A stretch of DNA of 64,000 nt from Takakia lepidozioides (GCA_030704615.1 CM060732.1:72602001-72666000), one strand, 5' to 3'. Counted from the stretch's first letter, positions 12,606 to 26,699 are shown. Notes: generated by a model not told the origin, from the sequence alone. Program-made: numbers and translations.

Positions 12606-15600
12606 TGTTGGGTCCCTAAAAACCCTCACCTAAAACCCTAGGCTATGGGGATGATGAAGCTAGCTGTTTGGAAATACAGGATCTGGAGGTGGAGGAAGCA
12701 AAGAGGGTGTCGCGTGAGAAAGATGAACGCCTCAAGGAGGCCCTAGATACAGCTTCAGCTCTCAGAGAAGAGCTTGAAAGTCTCAAGAAACTAAGGTCTG
12801 ATTGATTTCTAGCATGTCTCCCAATGTAAATATGGTTGGCCTTGACACACTTGCGTGTACATTCCAGTTGATCCAAACTTATAGAGTTACTGAACTTTGA
12901 AAGATGACAACCTTCTTCAGGAAAATTGAAGCAGTAGGAGGCAAGCGTCGGCGAGAGGATGGAGCCGAAGCCGAAGTAGATAATGTTGGCAGTCTATTCC
13001 AGCCCACCGATATGGGCAGGGAAGCTTATGGAGAATGCAGCAATGTTGGCCACAAGTCATTGCTAGTGAAGACAAGGAGCCCTACAAAACAAATGCAGCC
13101 AGGTAAAGACCCCTGGTCCCTGCCATGGGACACGGGAAGACCTCTGCCATGGACACACATGGGACAGCAAGCGGCCCTGGGCCTTCCCAGAAACACACTT
13201 TAGAGTCCCACCAGAACAAGGCCTTGTTTCAAGGAGAGTCTTCTGGTGCTGTGCCCTTTGAGACCGTGCTTAGAGCTCGGACACTCAATGATGGTGCGTA
13301 CACTCTTCTTGCTCTCCTTATTCTGTGTCTGACAGTTTTTGTCGTCTGTGGTCTGACAGTGATGTCTCTGATTTTGCCTTCTGCACACTTAGTTTTGCAC
13401 TGTTCCCTGCATGATTAACTGGTATACATATAGACAAACCTACTTTTTTATGACAGAAGGGCAATAACTTCTTATTGTGGTTGGCTGAATTGGAGGGCCT
13501 GAATCCCCAGTCAATTACCAGCTCAAAGCTTTGCTTTGTGGATCACATAGCTCAATACAGTTCTAGTTTGGACTCTGCAGGTTGTGTGAATTCAATTCCA
13601 ATAGAGAGGACAAGATCCGAGTCATATCAGGTAAGCACCCATGCTTTTTACCAAGTTTGTAACTTCCTTGTTTCCAAACACTTTGGATTGAATATGTGGA
13701 ATTCGAAATTCTCCTTTACTCACCAAAAATTCATCCTTTGTGTGTTTTAGCCTATGTTCAGGGGTTGTCTTTACCGACGTGCATGTTGAGGTCTTTTCCA
13801 GATGTGTCAGTACATGTCAACAAATCTCCCAGCTTTTCCTTTGCTGAATGACAGATTCCCGAGGTGCCTAGCGAAGAACCCACAACAACTGCCAATGGAT
13901 GTGCTGATGTGGGGATAGAGACAGGAAGGCCGGCTGCTCATGGGAGAGGTCCGGGGATGAAAAACGCTTTGGGTATGGGTGAACTTACTCACAGGCTCCA
14001 ACAAATTTGGGGTACTGGGGGTGCAAGAGATGATGGTGTTGCCCTCCTGCCTGAGATGTTTGCAGTGTGCCGCGAAGAGTTGTACCTTTTGTTAACAAAT
14101 GAGGCCTATGCGGATGATAGTAGGAAAGGAAGACTGTCAGCTCCAGAAGGTTCAAAATGTGCGGCTTGTTTGAAGCGAAGGGAAAGTCTTACCAGCCAGT
14201 TGACCCCTGACAAGAGAGATTCAGTTGCATTGAAGTTACATAACACTTTGGCAAACGTAAGCCATGTCTGCTACCCCTCAGGGTTGGGAAGGGTCATAGC
14301 AAGATGTGTGTCAGGTGTACGAGCAAGTAGCCTTTGTTAGGTCACCACCTGTTGCATGGGTCTGTCTATCTGTTCAATTTTGTCTTTCTCTGGCCTCTCT
14401 TGGTCTGTGTTGCCTACAATGAGACCCAAGATTGAAATTGGCCATTAGCAGAGAATCATGTATCGAGAAGTGATCCAAGAACCTCTCTTCATTTTGGCCC
14501 TTACGGAACTGAACGGGCAGTGAAATAAGACCAGACATGTTTTATACTGAATTTTTACTCCTTTTCTTTCTGCCATGAATGCAGGTGGCCAATAAGCTGG
14601 CGTCTGCAGCAACTCTCATTGGTCCCTTGCTCGAGTATTGCCACTTTGAGAATGTATGTGGAGAGAGCTGTCAACATTTGTCTGTGTTCTCTTGTTGTTA
14701 TCAAAGGCTTGTTCAAATGTGCCATAGCATGTTGTTTTTTGTGTTATTATGTCAATCAGTAAGTTTCTGCAAATGTAATTCATGTCAGTAATGTTTCTGT
14801 CGCATACTCTACAAGTCATCTTGCTGCCGAAACCTATGGCTGGCGGTCTCTGAACCAAATCTGGTCAGGTTGCACTTCAACTCGAATGAAATGGAAGGAA
14901 GTATCTGACTTTGTGATGATCCCCCTCAGATGCATTGTACAAAGTGCTCTTCATGTGTTGCACTGCATACTCCGCCACAACTCTGGCTGCAGGGAGAGGG
15001 TGCTTGGAAGGTTTGTGGCCACTTCGCTCTTTCGTCTTATTGGCCCAAATTTTTGGCTCTTTTCATTGTGTGATTTATATTTTTTTGGAATGTCTGTCTT
15101 ACAATAATGCATTAGTCTTTTGCTGGACGTCTCTATGTGCATGTTTTATCACCAATGTTGATTCTATGTCATCACATGCATGCCCAATGTGATGGATCCT
15201 TCTACCGCACCTCTTTACTGGTGGAATGAAAGTGATGAAGTCAGTGGGGTTGAGCTGAGCAAAGGGTCAATTGCAGGATTAATAACTTTTTAACATGCTC
15301 TACGTTGTTTCTCTACCAGCACTGGCTCCATAAACTCCAGCATTGATGCTCAACCCGGAGAAGCAGGTGTCTCGGTAAGCTTGAAAAAATTGAATGTGAG
15401 ATATGAAGGAAAAGGATGGTTCATTGCCTATGGCAGCCCTGAAGCAACTAACAAAAGGCCCAACTCACTTCCGGTGACTGAGGACAGGGCACTCTCCCTC
15501 GTTTCTCTTCACCAAGGATTATCTGCTGGCCGCTTGGGTCAGCCAGCAATCCAGTGGCCAAAATCTTGGACTCCACAAGGACCTTGCCAGATGGAACCAT

Positions 15601-18051
15601 GGGCAAGGTCACCAGAATTCCTGCTCCTAAGCTGCAAGATGCCAGTGGAGCTGAAAGGGAGGTGCCACATGGGAGTGATGAAACCAAGGTGGAGGAAGGG
15701 CACAGAGATCTACCTCCATTTGTCCAGTGGTTATTGGACTTGGCCTTGCAGTCTCTGAGCTCTGGTGTGAGATTTGAGGCAACAGCTATAATCTGCATAC
15801 TGGTGGTGCACAGTGAACCATTAGTAGAAAGGGCAAAGTAAGTCTCCATATTGATAATTATGCTCTCTCAAAGAGGAGAGCCAACTACAAATGGTTGTCG
15901 TTTATATGTTTGAACATTCCGCCAGTAACTCAGTCCTTCACAATCCATTTGGTGGTTCAATTGCATAACGAGTTTGTCCTGACCGACTCACTTGATGTGC
16001 AGATTTGGGCCTCTGTTTTGGGAAGGTGGCCTGGAATCACTGCTGAAGGAAAGTGTGGGTGTAGATGTACAATTGCAGGCTGTCCGGCTGGTGCACCTTC
16101 TCTTACATTGTAGGTCTGCACCCGATCTCTTCTCCACTCAATTGTTAGAATCTTTTCCCTACCACATAGCTTTTCATGATGGATCTGTAGCACAGGAGAA
16201 GCTCTAATGTATACATCATTTCCACTTTGTTGCAAATGCATAGTGGTAGCCATGTCACCCTGTCGGATTCTGTGTTTGCTAGAGCTGAATTCCATGTAAG
16301 TTGTATTTTTGATACTAATACCAGAGCGCAAGCCTATCGAGCATTAGCAGATGTACCTGTAAGCAAAGAAAATGTTCTTGTAACCCCATTGCAGGACCTG
16401 CTTGTGAATGAGACCGGTTTGTCATTTCCTGCAAATTTCAATGTTATATAGTGTTAGTGCAAAGTAACTTAAGTCCCCTCCTGTTATGATTCAGGTCCTG
16501 TTCTTTTCCAACGTTTTTGCACTACTGAGGAATCCATCCAGAGGGGTGATGCCTCAGAGACTGGAAGAAATCACAACTGCAGGCCAAATCAAACTGACAA
16601 ATTCACCATGGAGGAATCAAATGTTGACAGCCAAGTGGAGCGGAAAGAATCGGGAACAGACATGCACCGTAGGTCCAGGTTGGGTGTAGTCAGGTCTTCC
16701 AAGCAAGGGTTGGATGGAAAGGGCAGAAAATGGGAGGGGTTGGGAGCATTGGCTGCTTGTTTGAGATACACTGGCAACAGTCTCCAGGTAATTCCTCTCT
16801 TCAGTGTGGAGTTTGTTCAGGGGGAGTTCACATCTGTATGTCTGGACATTTTGCGAAAAGCACAGAAAAGATTGATTGTTTGACTCCCTCCCATGAGGGA
16901 GGGAATCAAACATTTGGGGTCCTTTGATGTGTTCTCTTTGGTTATCTTGTAATCCCACTGCGTCCCTTTGGTTTTCTACTTATTTCTTCTCTTCTCAGGC
17001 ATTCTTTGTCCCATGCTCTTTGGGCTTCATGGGACATTGTGAAGTTCCTTTCTTCCTCTTGGTTGTCCATGTAGTGCAAACTTATGAACAAATCGAAACT
17101 TGGAAATCTCAACTGGATTTCAATGGCACATTGGATTTCTGGACCAACTGTGAAATATTCTATACAAGTGCACTTTGAATCTTCTGTGCAGGAATACTCC
17201 TTGAGAAGGAATGTAGTACGTGTGCTGGCATTCCTCACTACATCTGGAGATTGTGGTACTGCAATCCTTGTTGAAATGCCTTTGAAGCAAAATGGTTGTG
17301 GACCAATAGGAGGCCCTACAGATGACCGGCAGCGAGGGGAAGGAGTCATAGGCGTCCAGAGTGACAGTTTGCAACAACCAGAGGTGGAAGGAGAGGCTTC
17401 AGGTGGCCTCCATGCAAAGCCGGGGAACAGTAATATAGGTGACTGGTTCATCAATTGGGGATGGAGTAGACAGGGCCTCAACGGAGCATGCTAGGCAAGG
17501 TGTAGTTCTAGATGAGGCAGAGAATGGGCAAAGTATTCCAAGGCATCTGGTAGCACTTTTGGGTATGGAGCTCGATGCAGAGGACAACGATGAAAAGACA
17601 AGTAATGCTACAGGCCCAGCAGAAGAGAGGTAAATGTACAGAAGGGGCTCATAACAGTCAGTCCTTGCACGACTTGACAGCATTGGACAGCGAGTTTAGA
17701 ATATTTCAATTGTGGGAAGGGAGGGGCATATCTGGCGTATGTAGGCACTTGAAATGACAAGTTTTGAGCCATGTGCAGGGCATGCTTGATTCGGGAGGCT
17801 CTGACATTGCTTTGCCAACTCTCATCGCACAGAGTTCATTCTTCAACGGTTTGGCATTGCTTACGATCGACAAAGAAACCACTAGAGTAACTCTTAGTGC
17901 CTTGAATCACTTGATTATTTGGGGCTCCCGGGGTGAGATGTCCAGTTCTGTCCAGAAAATGGCAGGCAACTTCACAGACATGGTGGAGCTAGCAAGAGGC
18001 CTGCGAAGACAGGTTATGTCAGGGTTGACGGAATTTCAGGATAGTCTCTAG
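5497..18051 (+). CDS. ATRIP: ATR-interacting protein (ATRIP / plant SUV2), multi-exon; early exons about 5497-6212, 6662-6735, 6940-6981, 12680-12795, 12921-13292, further exons to the stop at 18051
   Basis: Acidic N-terminus DDIYAEVSESEVVEEAEK. Spliced coiled coil EKDGAISILRSRLLQ|...|QRELERLASELSFK|DLEVEEAK (cf. metazoan KNGEIKILRDSLHQ...SELQFKDAE). C-terminal SUV2-type motifs VRFEATAIICILV, LLKESVGVDVQLQAVRLVHLLLHC, LRRNVVRVLAFLTTSG, LVALLGMELDAE, DMVELARGLRRQV. GT-AG sites phase-compatible; -1 slips in C runs must be corrected. Confidence 0.85.
7757..10100 (-). mobile_element. Non-LTR retrotransposon (LINE, RTE/RTEX-like) fragments: stacked 3' ends plus an internally deleted copy
   Basis: RT N-terminal motifs KAGGPDGIVNELIK and EPGNYRGITLLNAVGKTFCRV; C-terminal KLRAGSLPL...CPLCGQSEDSIHF; SNRFDAL motif in the upstream ORF; 3' ends abut (GA)n at about 7757, 7927 and 8142. 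Confidence 0.85.
9495..9850. repeat. Three ~140-bp tandem repeats in the LINE 5' coding region
   Basis: The unit tttg(c/t)tcgtcttgtgta...tgag(a/g)attggtaaaccatt...gtaccaaatc(c/t)ttcag recurs at about 9497, 9637 and 9778. Confidence 0.8.
10672..12568 (-). mobile_element. 5'-truncated LINE copy (RT core + CCHC) flanked on both sides by (GA)n, with an extra short 3'-end copy
   Basis: GVAQGCTLSPLLFNVFI, ALMFADDFAGI, RPALEYGSAIW, CPLCGQPEDNIHFLIHC; (GA)n at 10655-10671, 10788-10818 and 12568-12600. Confidence 0.9.
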
Positions 18052-19457
18052 GCAAGAAGTTTGGTCATAATTTAGGGAGCAAATATTTTCCCTGGATGTG
18101 TCATGGGGATAGCAAACCAGTAAGAGGTCCTTGCTGTAATCCATTTGTCCTCTACCCCTTCTTGCATGATTTGTCATATCCATGGCATTTCAAATTGGTC
18201 TAGTGGACTCATCTTCCATCTTCTCGATTCAGGCTTTCTCTTTTGCACAAAGTGCATATCAAATAGACAGGAGGTCACTGCATCATTGTCCTACAAAAGA
18301 GTTCGCATGCAGCTCCTATGAAAGAGTTGTTGGAGTACTATCAGCTAGGAGATGCGCCGTTTTTCCATGAAAGCAAACTTAATGCTGTGCTTCAATTTTT
18401 CGCTAGTCCGGAAATGTGTAGCTTGTTAAGTTTGCTGCAGTTTTTTGGGGTTCTGGTCTGCTTTGCAGCTGAAAAGAACAGCTTGACTGCCAGCTCACCG
18501 AATTCATAGAATGGTACACACTACACACGATTCTTTGTCAGTACACACGATACTAGTAAACGACATGGTTTCAATTTTCAGTTGTTGATGCCAGAGATAT
18601 CGGAGATGGAGTCATCTTATTTGCCGACCTCGTGGTCTTTACACCATAGAGTATCATCAATACATTGTCTCAACGTTAGTGTAACCCTACAGCTAAGAAA
18701 AGAAAAAGGTAAAGTTTGTTTAGCTTCTACAGCTGAGAAAAGAGAAAGATACAATGTTGTAACTGAAACATCAAGCACTTGTTTGGTCACTGCTCACTGC
18801 ACTCAAGTCATATCCAAGGTATGTGATAGATTTAGGTGGTGTAAAGAGGCAAAAAAAAACATTCAGATGGTACAGTTACACAGTTTTTTCTTCAAAAAGT
18901 ATGTGAAAGTTCAGGCAGTTTGAAAAAATGACGATGATGTGGCACTTAGGGACCCTCCTCGTGCTCTAGTCTAAACACTAATGTGCGACTGTTGGTCGTC
19001 ACTCGAATTGAGAAGAAAATCAAGGCACCTTCCTTCGTTAATATGATTTAGCTTGGTCATCTTTTTTGCCATATCTTTGCAAGTTCTTTGATTTTTGGAA
19101 ATGAACCGTTGCATTATGTTTCTCACTACGTCGTCTACTACAGGTTAATGGACGATGAGGCCAATTATGTAGGTTTTGCTGGTGGATTATACAATTATAC
19201 CACGGAATAAGTGTCTAATTGGCCCAGCAGATTCTGCCTATGCACCGACAAATGAATACACAAAAATATTATGTATGGAGGTACGTATATACATAATAAT
19301 CCTCATCATCAATCCTTTAGTAACGCGAGGGAATGCCCCTCCGTCCATCGGACTGTTTACACATTCCCTGGTACATACTATTTTCACAGCATTTCACCGT
19401 ATGGATTGCAAGATCGAATTTGTAACTTGGAATTCGACCTTTTATGAGACCCTAAAC

Positions 19458-20900
19458 TTAACCCTTAATGGACGAGCCAGTTTTTGGTGCACCCACTCTA
19501 AAACGAAACATACCCTCATGGATGAGGGTATATTTCTCATTTGACAAACATCCACACGGATGAACCGTATGAAGGACACCCTACCTACTTCATCCACTTG
19601 CTGTGAAAATTTCAGGTCATTTGGTTGTGTCATTAGAAAGACTATAACAAATTTCCAAGTTGAGAGTATTGTATACTCGAATTTGAGAGTGAAAAAATGG
19701 TTTGACCAAGCATTTGACCTACCAAAATCAAATTTCATTGATATAGGCCACCCACATTCTGATTATGAGGCACCTAAAGCATGTTGGCCTAAAATTTCAG
19801 AGCCCAAATCCAAAATCTCAGCGGGGTTGCGTTGTATGGGAAAATAGGGGGGTAAATAAGACCATAAGGTAGATGTGCAGATTAGTCCCCCCCCCCCCCC
19901 CCACACAAAGCAGCAAGCATCACCCAAAAAAACACAAACCGCAAGCATAAGTTGCACTAACCCCTCGTCCCAAAAATGTGAAAACACAACACCAAAACGC
20001 AGACCTCACACACCCACATCACCCACAGCCCGATGACCATCATACACAGACGACCCCTAAGTAGCAATATCCACCACAGAACAGAGAGAACCACACCCCA
20101 TGCAACACGCACATATGCACTCCACATTGGTGACCACTAGACCTGCCAATACAAGCCAACACCCTGGTGAACACTGACACATACAAACAATGCACACGGG
20201 CAGAAAAAGACCCACAAAACTGAATTTAGTCACCTCGATCCATGCGGTGTGCCTCATTCGGCACACACCAAGGCACAAGTGGTTGCCGTCACATCCAAGG
20301 CAATAATAGTGAGTGCGGATATGACATACAACAACCTATGTGTTGTGTGAAGGCACTGATGCAAATGTGCAAGAGATATTCTCGGTGTTGTCCATGTTGT
20401 TAGTGTAGGTTTATGTTGTCAAGGCATCTGTCAATGCCAGATTGAACTCTAAATGGCTCATGGCCTGCGCCCCATTTTGGTGACATGGGCTGAATGCAAG
20501 ATATATGCATTCACTATCGTTGTATCCATAAGAAAAAACAGCCGACGCCACCACGTCTTTATGCACAATTGCAAGTTGTACACACCCCAAAGCTGGTATT
20601 ATAGTACATCTACCCATCGCATATACGTTTGATATTGCACATGTGCAAGCACAGATGACACCAACATTCTTTGGTGTCCCATAAAATGTCTCACAGTCAC
20701 AAGAGAGGAGGGCTGCTAGCTGCAGATGTCAGTAAAAAGACTATTTTCTTGTCCTACCACAACACTGCAGCTATCTCTCTAGAAGCATGCATCATGTACC
20801 ATGACTGGCCTTGCTTTGGCAGTCTTTGATTTTGTCATGGATAACAAAAAGGAAGGAACGGCCCCTTTCTGTTTAGTCTAACTATAATATCAGTGGTCCA
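19458..20900 (-). pseudogene. piggyBac transposase remnant (C-terminal half and Cys-rich domain) with a candidate TTAA|CCCTT terminus at 19458-19466
   Basis: Minus strand reads W*DKKIVFLLTS, QYQTYMRWVDVL*YQL...KTWWRRLFFLMDTTIVNAYI, MSHLEFNLAL, and YYCLGCDGNHLCLGVCRMRH. Confidence 0.75.
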
Positions 20901-23302
20901 AGTGCCAAGTTTGGCCAAGTCATACAGAAGCTGGAGTGAGGTGAAGTAATTGTGAGTATGGTCCAAACCATGGGGTCCTGTGGCAAACCTAGTGACAACA
21001 TCACAACCTTCTCCCTTACCACTTTTCTGCCTCTAGCCCTCAGGCCTCCCTGGATTCTTGCCATAGTAAACTCAGAAATTATAGACTGTTAATGGCCATT
21101 GGAGCCAAAATGTCGCATTCCTCATGTTTTCCTTTTTGAGGCCTCGTTTTGTTCACGCGATGTCCACCTCCACTTGAAATGGTGGGAGTTGTCACGGACA
21201 TAGCCAATAAGAACTTACCGAGAGTAACTTCGGAAGTTACCGAGTTACCGGGAGTATACCAAATTACCGAGAGTAACTTGGGAAACTGCTCATGAAGCTT
21301 CCTTTGGAGGAAACTTCTCCATCAAGAAACCTCCATTGGGGAAGCTTCTTAGAAAACTTCCTAGTAGCTAGTATATATAGAAGGCTCGTAAGAAAGAAAT
21401 TCTCGACCCCTGTTGAAGTCATCGATGGACGACTGTTAGTATCATGAAACATTGACCGTGAAACTCGACCCCTTGAAGTGAAGCTTAAAAATCAAGCATC
21501 ACAGATTGTTTTCAACGTCATCCACTCTCCAACGAATCTTGTGATCCTTGGACTTCCCTGGTTTGTACTTCATAATACTGACATCGACTGGCGATCACAA
21601 AAAATTTCGGCAAGACAAAAATGCAAAAGTACCAAGGATATTCAACCCCTGTTTCTTGGAGCTATAGCATTCATGAGAGCTACAAAGAAAGACACGACAT
21701 TTGCACTTTATGCGACTCCGATCAAGACCATAACAGACCAATGTACTTCGACATTACCCACTCAATATCAAAATTTCAATGACGTCTTCGAGAGGAAAAA
21801 TGCAGACATGTTGCCAGAACATCGACCTTATGATTGTGCAATTGAGTTGCAAGAAGGAGCCCAACCACCATTTGGCCCAATCTACAATTTATCTAAGACG
21901 GAGTTGGCTGCTTTACGCGAATACATTGATGAAAATTTGTCGAGGAATTTCATTCGACATTCGAAATCACCCACGGGAGCACCTATCATATTTGTGAAGA
22001 AGAAAGACGGATCGTTACGCAGTGTGTGGACTATCGTGGGCTCAACAAAGTCACTATAAAAAATCGTTACCCACTACCGCTGATTTCCGGACTCCTCGAA
22101 CAACTTGGACGAACAATTTTTTTTCACAAAAGATTGACTTGAGCGGAGCCTACAACCTGGTACGAAATAAAAGAATGAGACAAATGGAAGACTGTGTTTT
22201 TGCACAAGGTACGGACATTTCAAATACAGTGTTATGTCTTTCGGTCTTATAAATGTTCCCAGCAAATTTTCCAACACATGATGAATGATATCTTTCGAGA
22301 ATTTTTAGATGACTTTGTAGTCATCTATTTGGACGACATTTTGATATTTTCACAAAACGAAGAAGAACATGGTCGTCATGTACGCCTTGTCCTTGATAAA
22401 TAGAGGAAAATAGGACTAAATGTCAAGTTGGAAAAATGTCTTTTCCATCAATCTGAAGTCGAAATTTTGGGCTACATCATTTCCGACAAATGAGTCTTTA
22501 TGGATCAAAAGAAAAATACAAACCATCATCGAGTGGATTAAATCAATGTCGTGCGCATACTTATCGCTACACAACTACATCGCTGTCCAAAACCACACAA
22601 CACATGTGCACACCACACACTAGTATACCACTAGTCCACCACTAATCCAGCCACTAGGCTACAACTAGTCAGTCACTAGGCTGCCACTATGCTACCCATT
22701 ATGGCAGTCACTAGTCCACACAATGATAAAGAAGAAGAATACAAGCACGAGCTCACAAATTTGAAGCATAAACTCATGCATATATAACCTCATCACTCAA
22801 ATACAAGTCAAGCCAAGTGCACCCCACGCCATGGGGAATCCACGCTACGGCGCCATAGCTAGGCGCCGTGAGGCTCAACTCGAGAAAGATGAGCCTCCCG
22901 CGCTTGCCGTGAAGATAACCACTCCAGGGCCTAAATCTGCATTGATCCCTGGATTGACACTTGGGCCAATCCCAAATGTCAATATGTAAAAGCTAATTAT
23001 TTCCTAGCTAGTTTCACACTAGTGGTAAAATAACTTGACAGCTGTCGTGCGCATACATATCGCTACACAACTACATCGCTGTCCAAAACCACACCACACA
23101 TTAGTATACCACTAGTCCAACCACTAGTCCAACCACTAGGCTACAACTAGTCAGTCACTAGGCTGCCACTATGCTGCCCACTATGGCAGTCACTAGTCCA
23201 CACAATCACCCCCCTAGCTGGTGCTTAGGTCCCTCTAAGTCCAGGTAGCCACAAGATGTGATAGTGACCATAGCCTCACTAAGTTCTCCACCACTATCCC
23301 TA

Positions 23303-23450
23303 CTACAGAACACAACCAATCTCCGTCAGGAACCTTCTCAGAGGTGGTGTCAAGCATCCCATATGCCAACCCCTTGAGCATCGATCACACACCAGCATGG
23401 TGGCTGCCCCTTTGGCAGATCCACAGAGCATGCACCTCAAACCTGCAGGT
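23303..23450 (-). CDS. PHD finger at the integrase C-terminus
   Basis: CMLCGSAKGAATMLVCDRCSRGWHMGCLTPPL matches C4-H-C of a C4HC3 PHD finger; the final W.C..C segment is disturbed by a frameshift. Confidence 0.9.
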
Positions 23451-23749
23451 ACCACTGCCAAGTTTGGGTCAACTCTGCCATCAACATTGGGAAGGTGACA
23501 TGGCGCACAATTACGCACATGGTCCTTCCAAGTCATGCCATCCCGACCCTCCAAGATCAGGACCCCTGAGGGCAACACCTCTCGAACCCTCAGAATAACA
23601 CGCCCTGCAGTAACATCCAGAGTCGTAGGAGCAGTCTGATGCAAATAAACGTAGTCACCAGGGCTAAACCTCCGAACCCCAGGACGATATCCTCCACCAC
23701 GTATAGTGGCATACCTCAATGTATCACGGTGTGTGCAATGGCAAGGTTC

Positions 23750-24620
23750 TCAAAAGCCATGGGCATGACTTTCTGAACAACTCTGCACGCTGATCACATG
23801 CACGTACCCACACGTCCGGATTGTCAAGGTTAAGGACTTGAGCAGTGTCCCCACGAATGGCTGCAGACAAATCCGGCTCTCGGCCAAAGAGAATGAAATA
23901 TGGTGAGAAGGAGGCAAGTGATGCTTGTTTGTTGAAACCTGTAGCCCATGGCTAACCAAGGAACCTGAAGATCCCAATCTCCTAGGTGTCCCTTCTGTAA
24001 GCCATACTTGCGCAAACCCCTCTTCACCGTCTGAACAACTCTCTCTGTTAAGCCATCGGCCTCAGGATGATCCCGAGAAGTGGTGCGGTGGTATCAAGGC
24101 TTTATCACACAAAGCCTGAAACTCCCCCAAGAACTCTCTCCCTTGGTCCGTGAGTACCTCAGCTGGAGCACCAAATCGGCTAAGCACACGATCCAAGAAT
24201 GCATACGCAGCCCCCTCACTAGCCTTGTCAGGCAATGGAACCAACTTAATCCACTTGGAGAAGTGCTCCACCATCACCAACACATATTTGTGGTGGCGCA
24301 TAGTCAGTGGCAACGGTCCTGCGAAGTCAAGACTCCACCTGTAGCCCAATCCCATGATTGGTAAAGGATGCAATTGTGGTGTAGGGGTGTTGAATGAAGC
24401 ACGCACCCTGTCACACACCATGCACCTAGCCACGAACTGTTGCACCTCTGTATGCATACCACGCCACCAGTACTGCCCTTGCAGTAAACTGTGAGTGCGT
24501 CGCACTCCAAAATGCCCCAACTCCTCATGGGCATGCATACTAACCGTGCACGCTGTGTGGGTGAGGCACAATCCTCACCCGACCATCCTCCACACTCGAA
24601 GTAGGTGTATCCCTCCCACT
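23750..24620 (-). CDS. DDE integrase (HHCC + catalytic core), frameshifted
   Basis: HEELGHFG...CMVC, WSLDFAGP, VLTDQGREFLGEF, GLTERVVQTVKRGL. Confidence 0.92.
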
Positions 24621-24889
24621 TGAACCTCTTGGCTCGTTGCAGGATCCGATCCCTCTCCCTGGCAGTCACAGTGGCTGCCGTGTCTCCCGTGCGGAGGTAG
24701 TTCAACACAGCCGAATCCTCATGTATATCTCTGGCACCACCTGACTCATCACTAGCCTCAGGGTCCTCAAACACTCCGTCTACAGTCATCCCTGTTGTAG
24801 GTCCAACCTGACCTCCCGATGCCAAGATACACAAAAAAGAACGTGTCATCCCGGCACCATCTCCTCGTCCGTCTCACCATGCCACGAGC

Positions 24890-26262
24890 TCCAGTGTCAT
24901 CCTGCTGCTCATGCATGGATTGCGACTCAATCCATCCGCATCCCGATTGACCAAACCCGGTCGATGCACAACCTGAAAGTCATACTCCTGGAGTATGAGT
25001 GCCCACCGTGCAAGCTCCCGTAAGCTTGTCTGACTCCAATCAACCACTTGAGTGGCTGGTGATCCGTGACAAGGGTGAAAAGATTGTCGTATAGATAGCA
25101 CCTGAAGTGTGCCACAGCCCACACTGCAGCTAAGCACTCTCCCTCATATGAGCTAGCATCTGCAGCGTTGTTCGAGCGGCTAGCATAAGCCACTACGAAC
25201 TTTCTTCCCTCATCATCCACTTGTGTGAGCACCGCTCCAAGCCCAGCATGCTCCAATCCGTATGCAGCTGAAAAGGGACGCCCCCTGATAGGTCGTCTCA
25301 GGATAGCGCCGAGGTCAACCCGCCTTGAGCTCTTGAAAAGCTCGTTCCTGCTCATCTTCCCACTGCCACTCCTGGTCCACCTTGGTCAGCTTGGTTAGAG
25401 CCTTTGCAATGGTACTAAATCCCTTGACAAACCGTCTATAATAGTTTGCCAACCCCATGAAAGCTCGAACTCGGCTCACATCCGTGGGGCGTGGAATTTG
25501 TGCAATGGCCTCTACCTTAGTCTGCTGTACCCCCAAACCTCCAGGATATATCATGTGACCCAGATACTCAATCTGGTTGTGGAAAAAACTTGCACTTCCC
25601 CGGATGCAACTTCAATCCGTGCGCTCTCAAGCGCTCCAATACCACCTAAAGGTGTCTCTCATGCTCCTCCATCGTAGAACACTAAAGATGATGATGTCAT
25701 CTATGTAGCACCGAGCAAAGTCCACCCCTGCTAGAATCCTATCCATGACTCTCTGAAACTCTACAGGAGCATTCTTAAGCCCAAATGGTAAGAACCGCCA
25801 CTGATATAGGCAATCCTTGCCGTGCTCATTGATCCCCCAGAATGTCGTCTTCTGCTTGTCCGCCTCCTTGATTGGCAACTGGTGATATCCGGATCGTAAA
25901 TCCAAAGTGCTAAAGACCTTAGCATGCCCGATGGCATCAAAGATCTCCTCTGGTGTTGGCATGGCATACTTATCGGACTTGGTCTGATGATTTACAGGCC
26001 GGTAATCACCGCACATACGTCTCTCCGTCCAATTGCCATAGACATCCTTCTTGGCTGGCATCACTGTGGCTGAAGCATACTCTCCACCAGAGAGCTCCAC
26101 CAAACCTGCCTCCCAGAGATCTTGAGTCCTCATCTGAATCAAAGACCTCTCCATGTCACTGTATCTATAGGGTCTCCGAAAGATTGGCGTGTCAGTGGCC
26201 AACTCAATACGGATCTCTTGACCCTTCAGTGCTCCCAAGTCCTTCAAACTGAAGCAAAGCAA
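24890..26262 (-). CDS. Reverse transcriptase and RNase H, frameshifted
   Basis: RMCGDYRPVN, FSTLDLRSGYHQ, LPFGLKNAP, YIDDIIIF, FMGLANYYRRFV, VVAYASRS, TDHQPLKW, DADGLSR. Confidence 0.95.
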
Positions 26263-26699
26263 TTCCTGTAAGCCCTCAGGAACCGCCGTATACGTCGTCT
26301 CTCTCCTCCGGTGACAATGGGTCCAATGTCAGGCTCCCAATTGTCCTCCGTAACTGCAACCTTAAGTCCAGTGGGCTTAGAGGTAGAGGACGCGTCCAGT
26401 GGTTGCTATGTTGCAACCTCTTGAGCAGTACTCCCTACCTGCTCAGTCAATGACAAGGCCTCATCCTGCCCCATCATCTCATCCTCAAGGACTTCTCCGA
26501 GAAAATCCCCAACCTCATCCATCACAACCTTGGCTGCCAACTCCCTCTGAACCTCGAGCACCTCCCACGTGTGCCATGGATGCATGCACCCCGTGGTCCT
26601 CACATGCTCACCCCCCCACTCACTGCCTGTACCGTCTCGGTAGGCAGAGAGACCATTGAGGGAGTGTACTCCGCACTCTGCGTTGCTCACCATAGCCAA

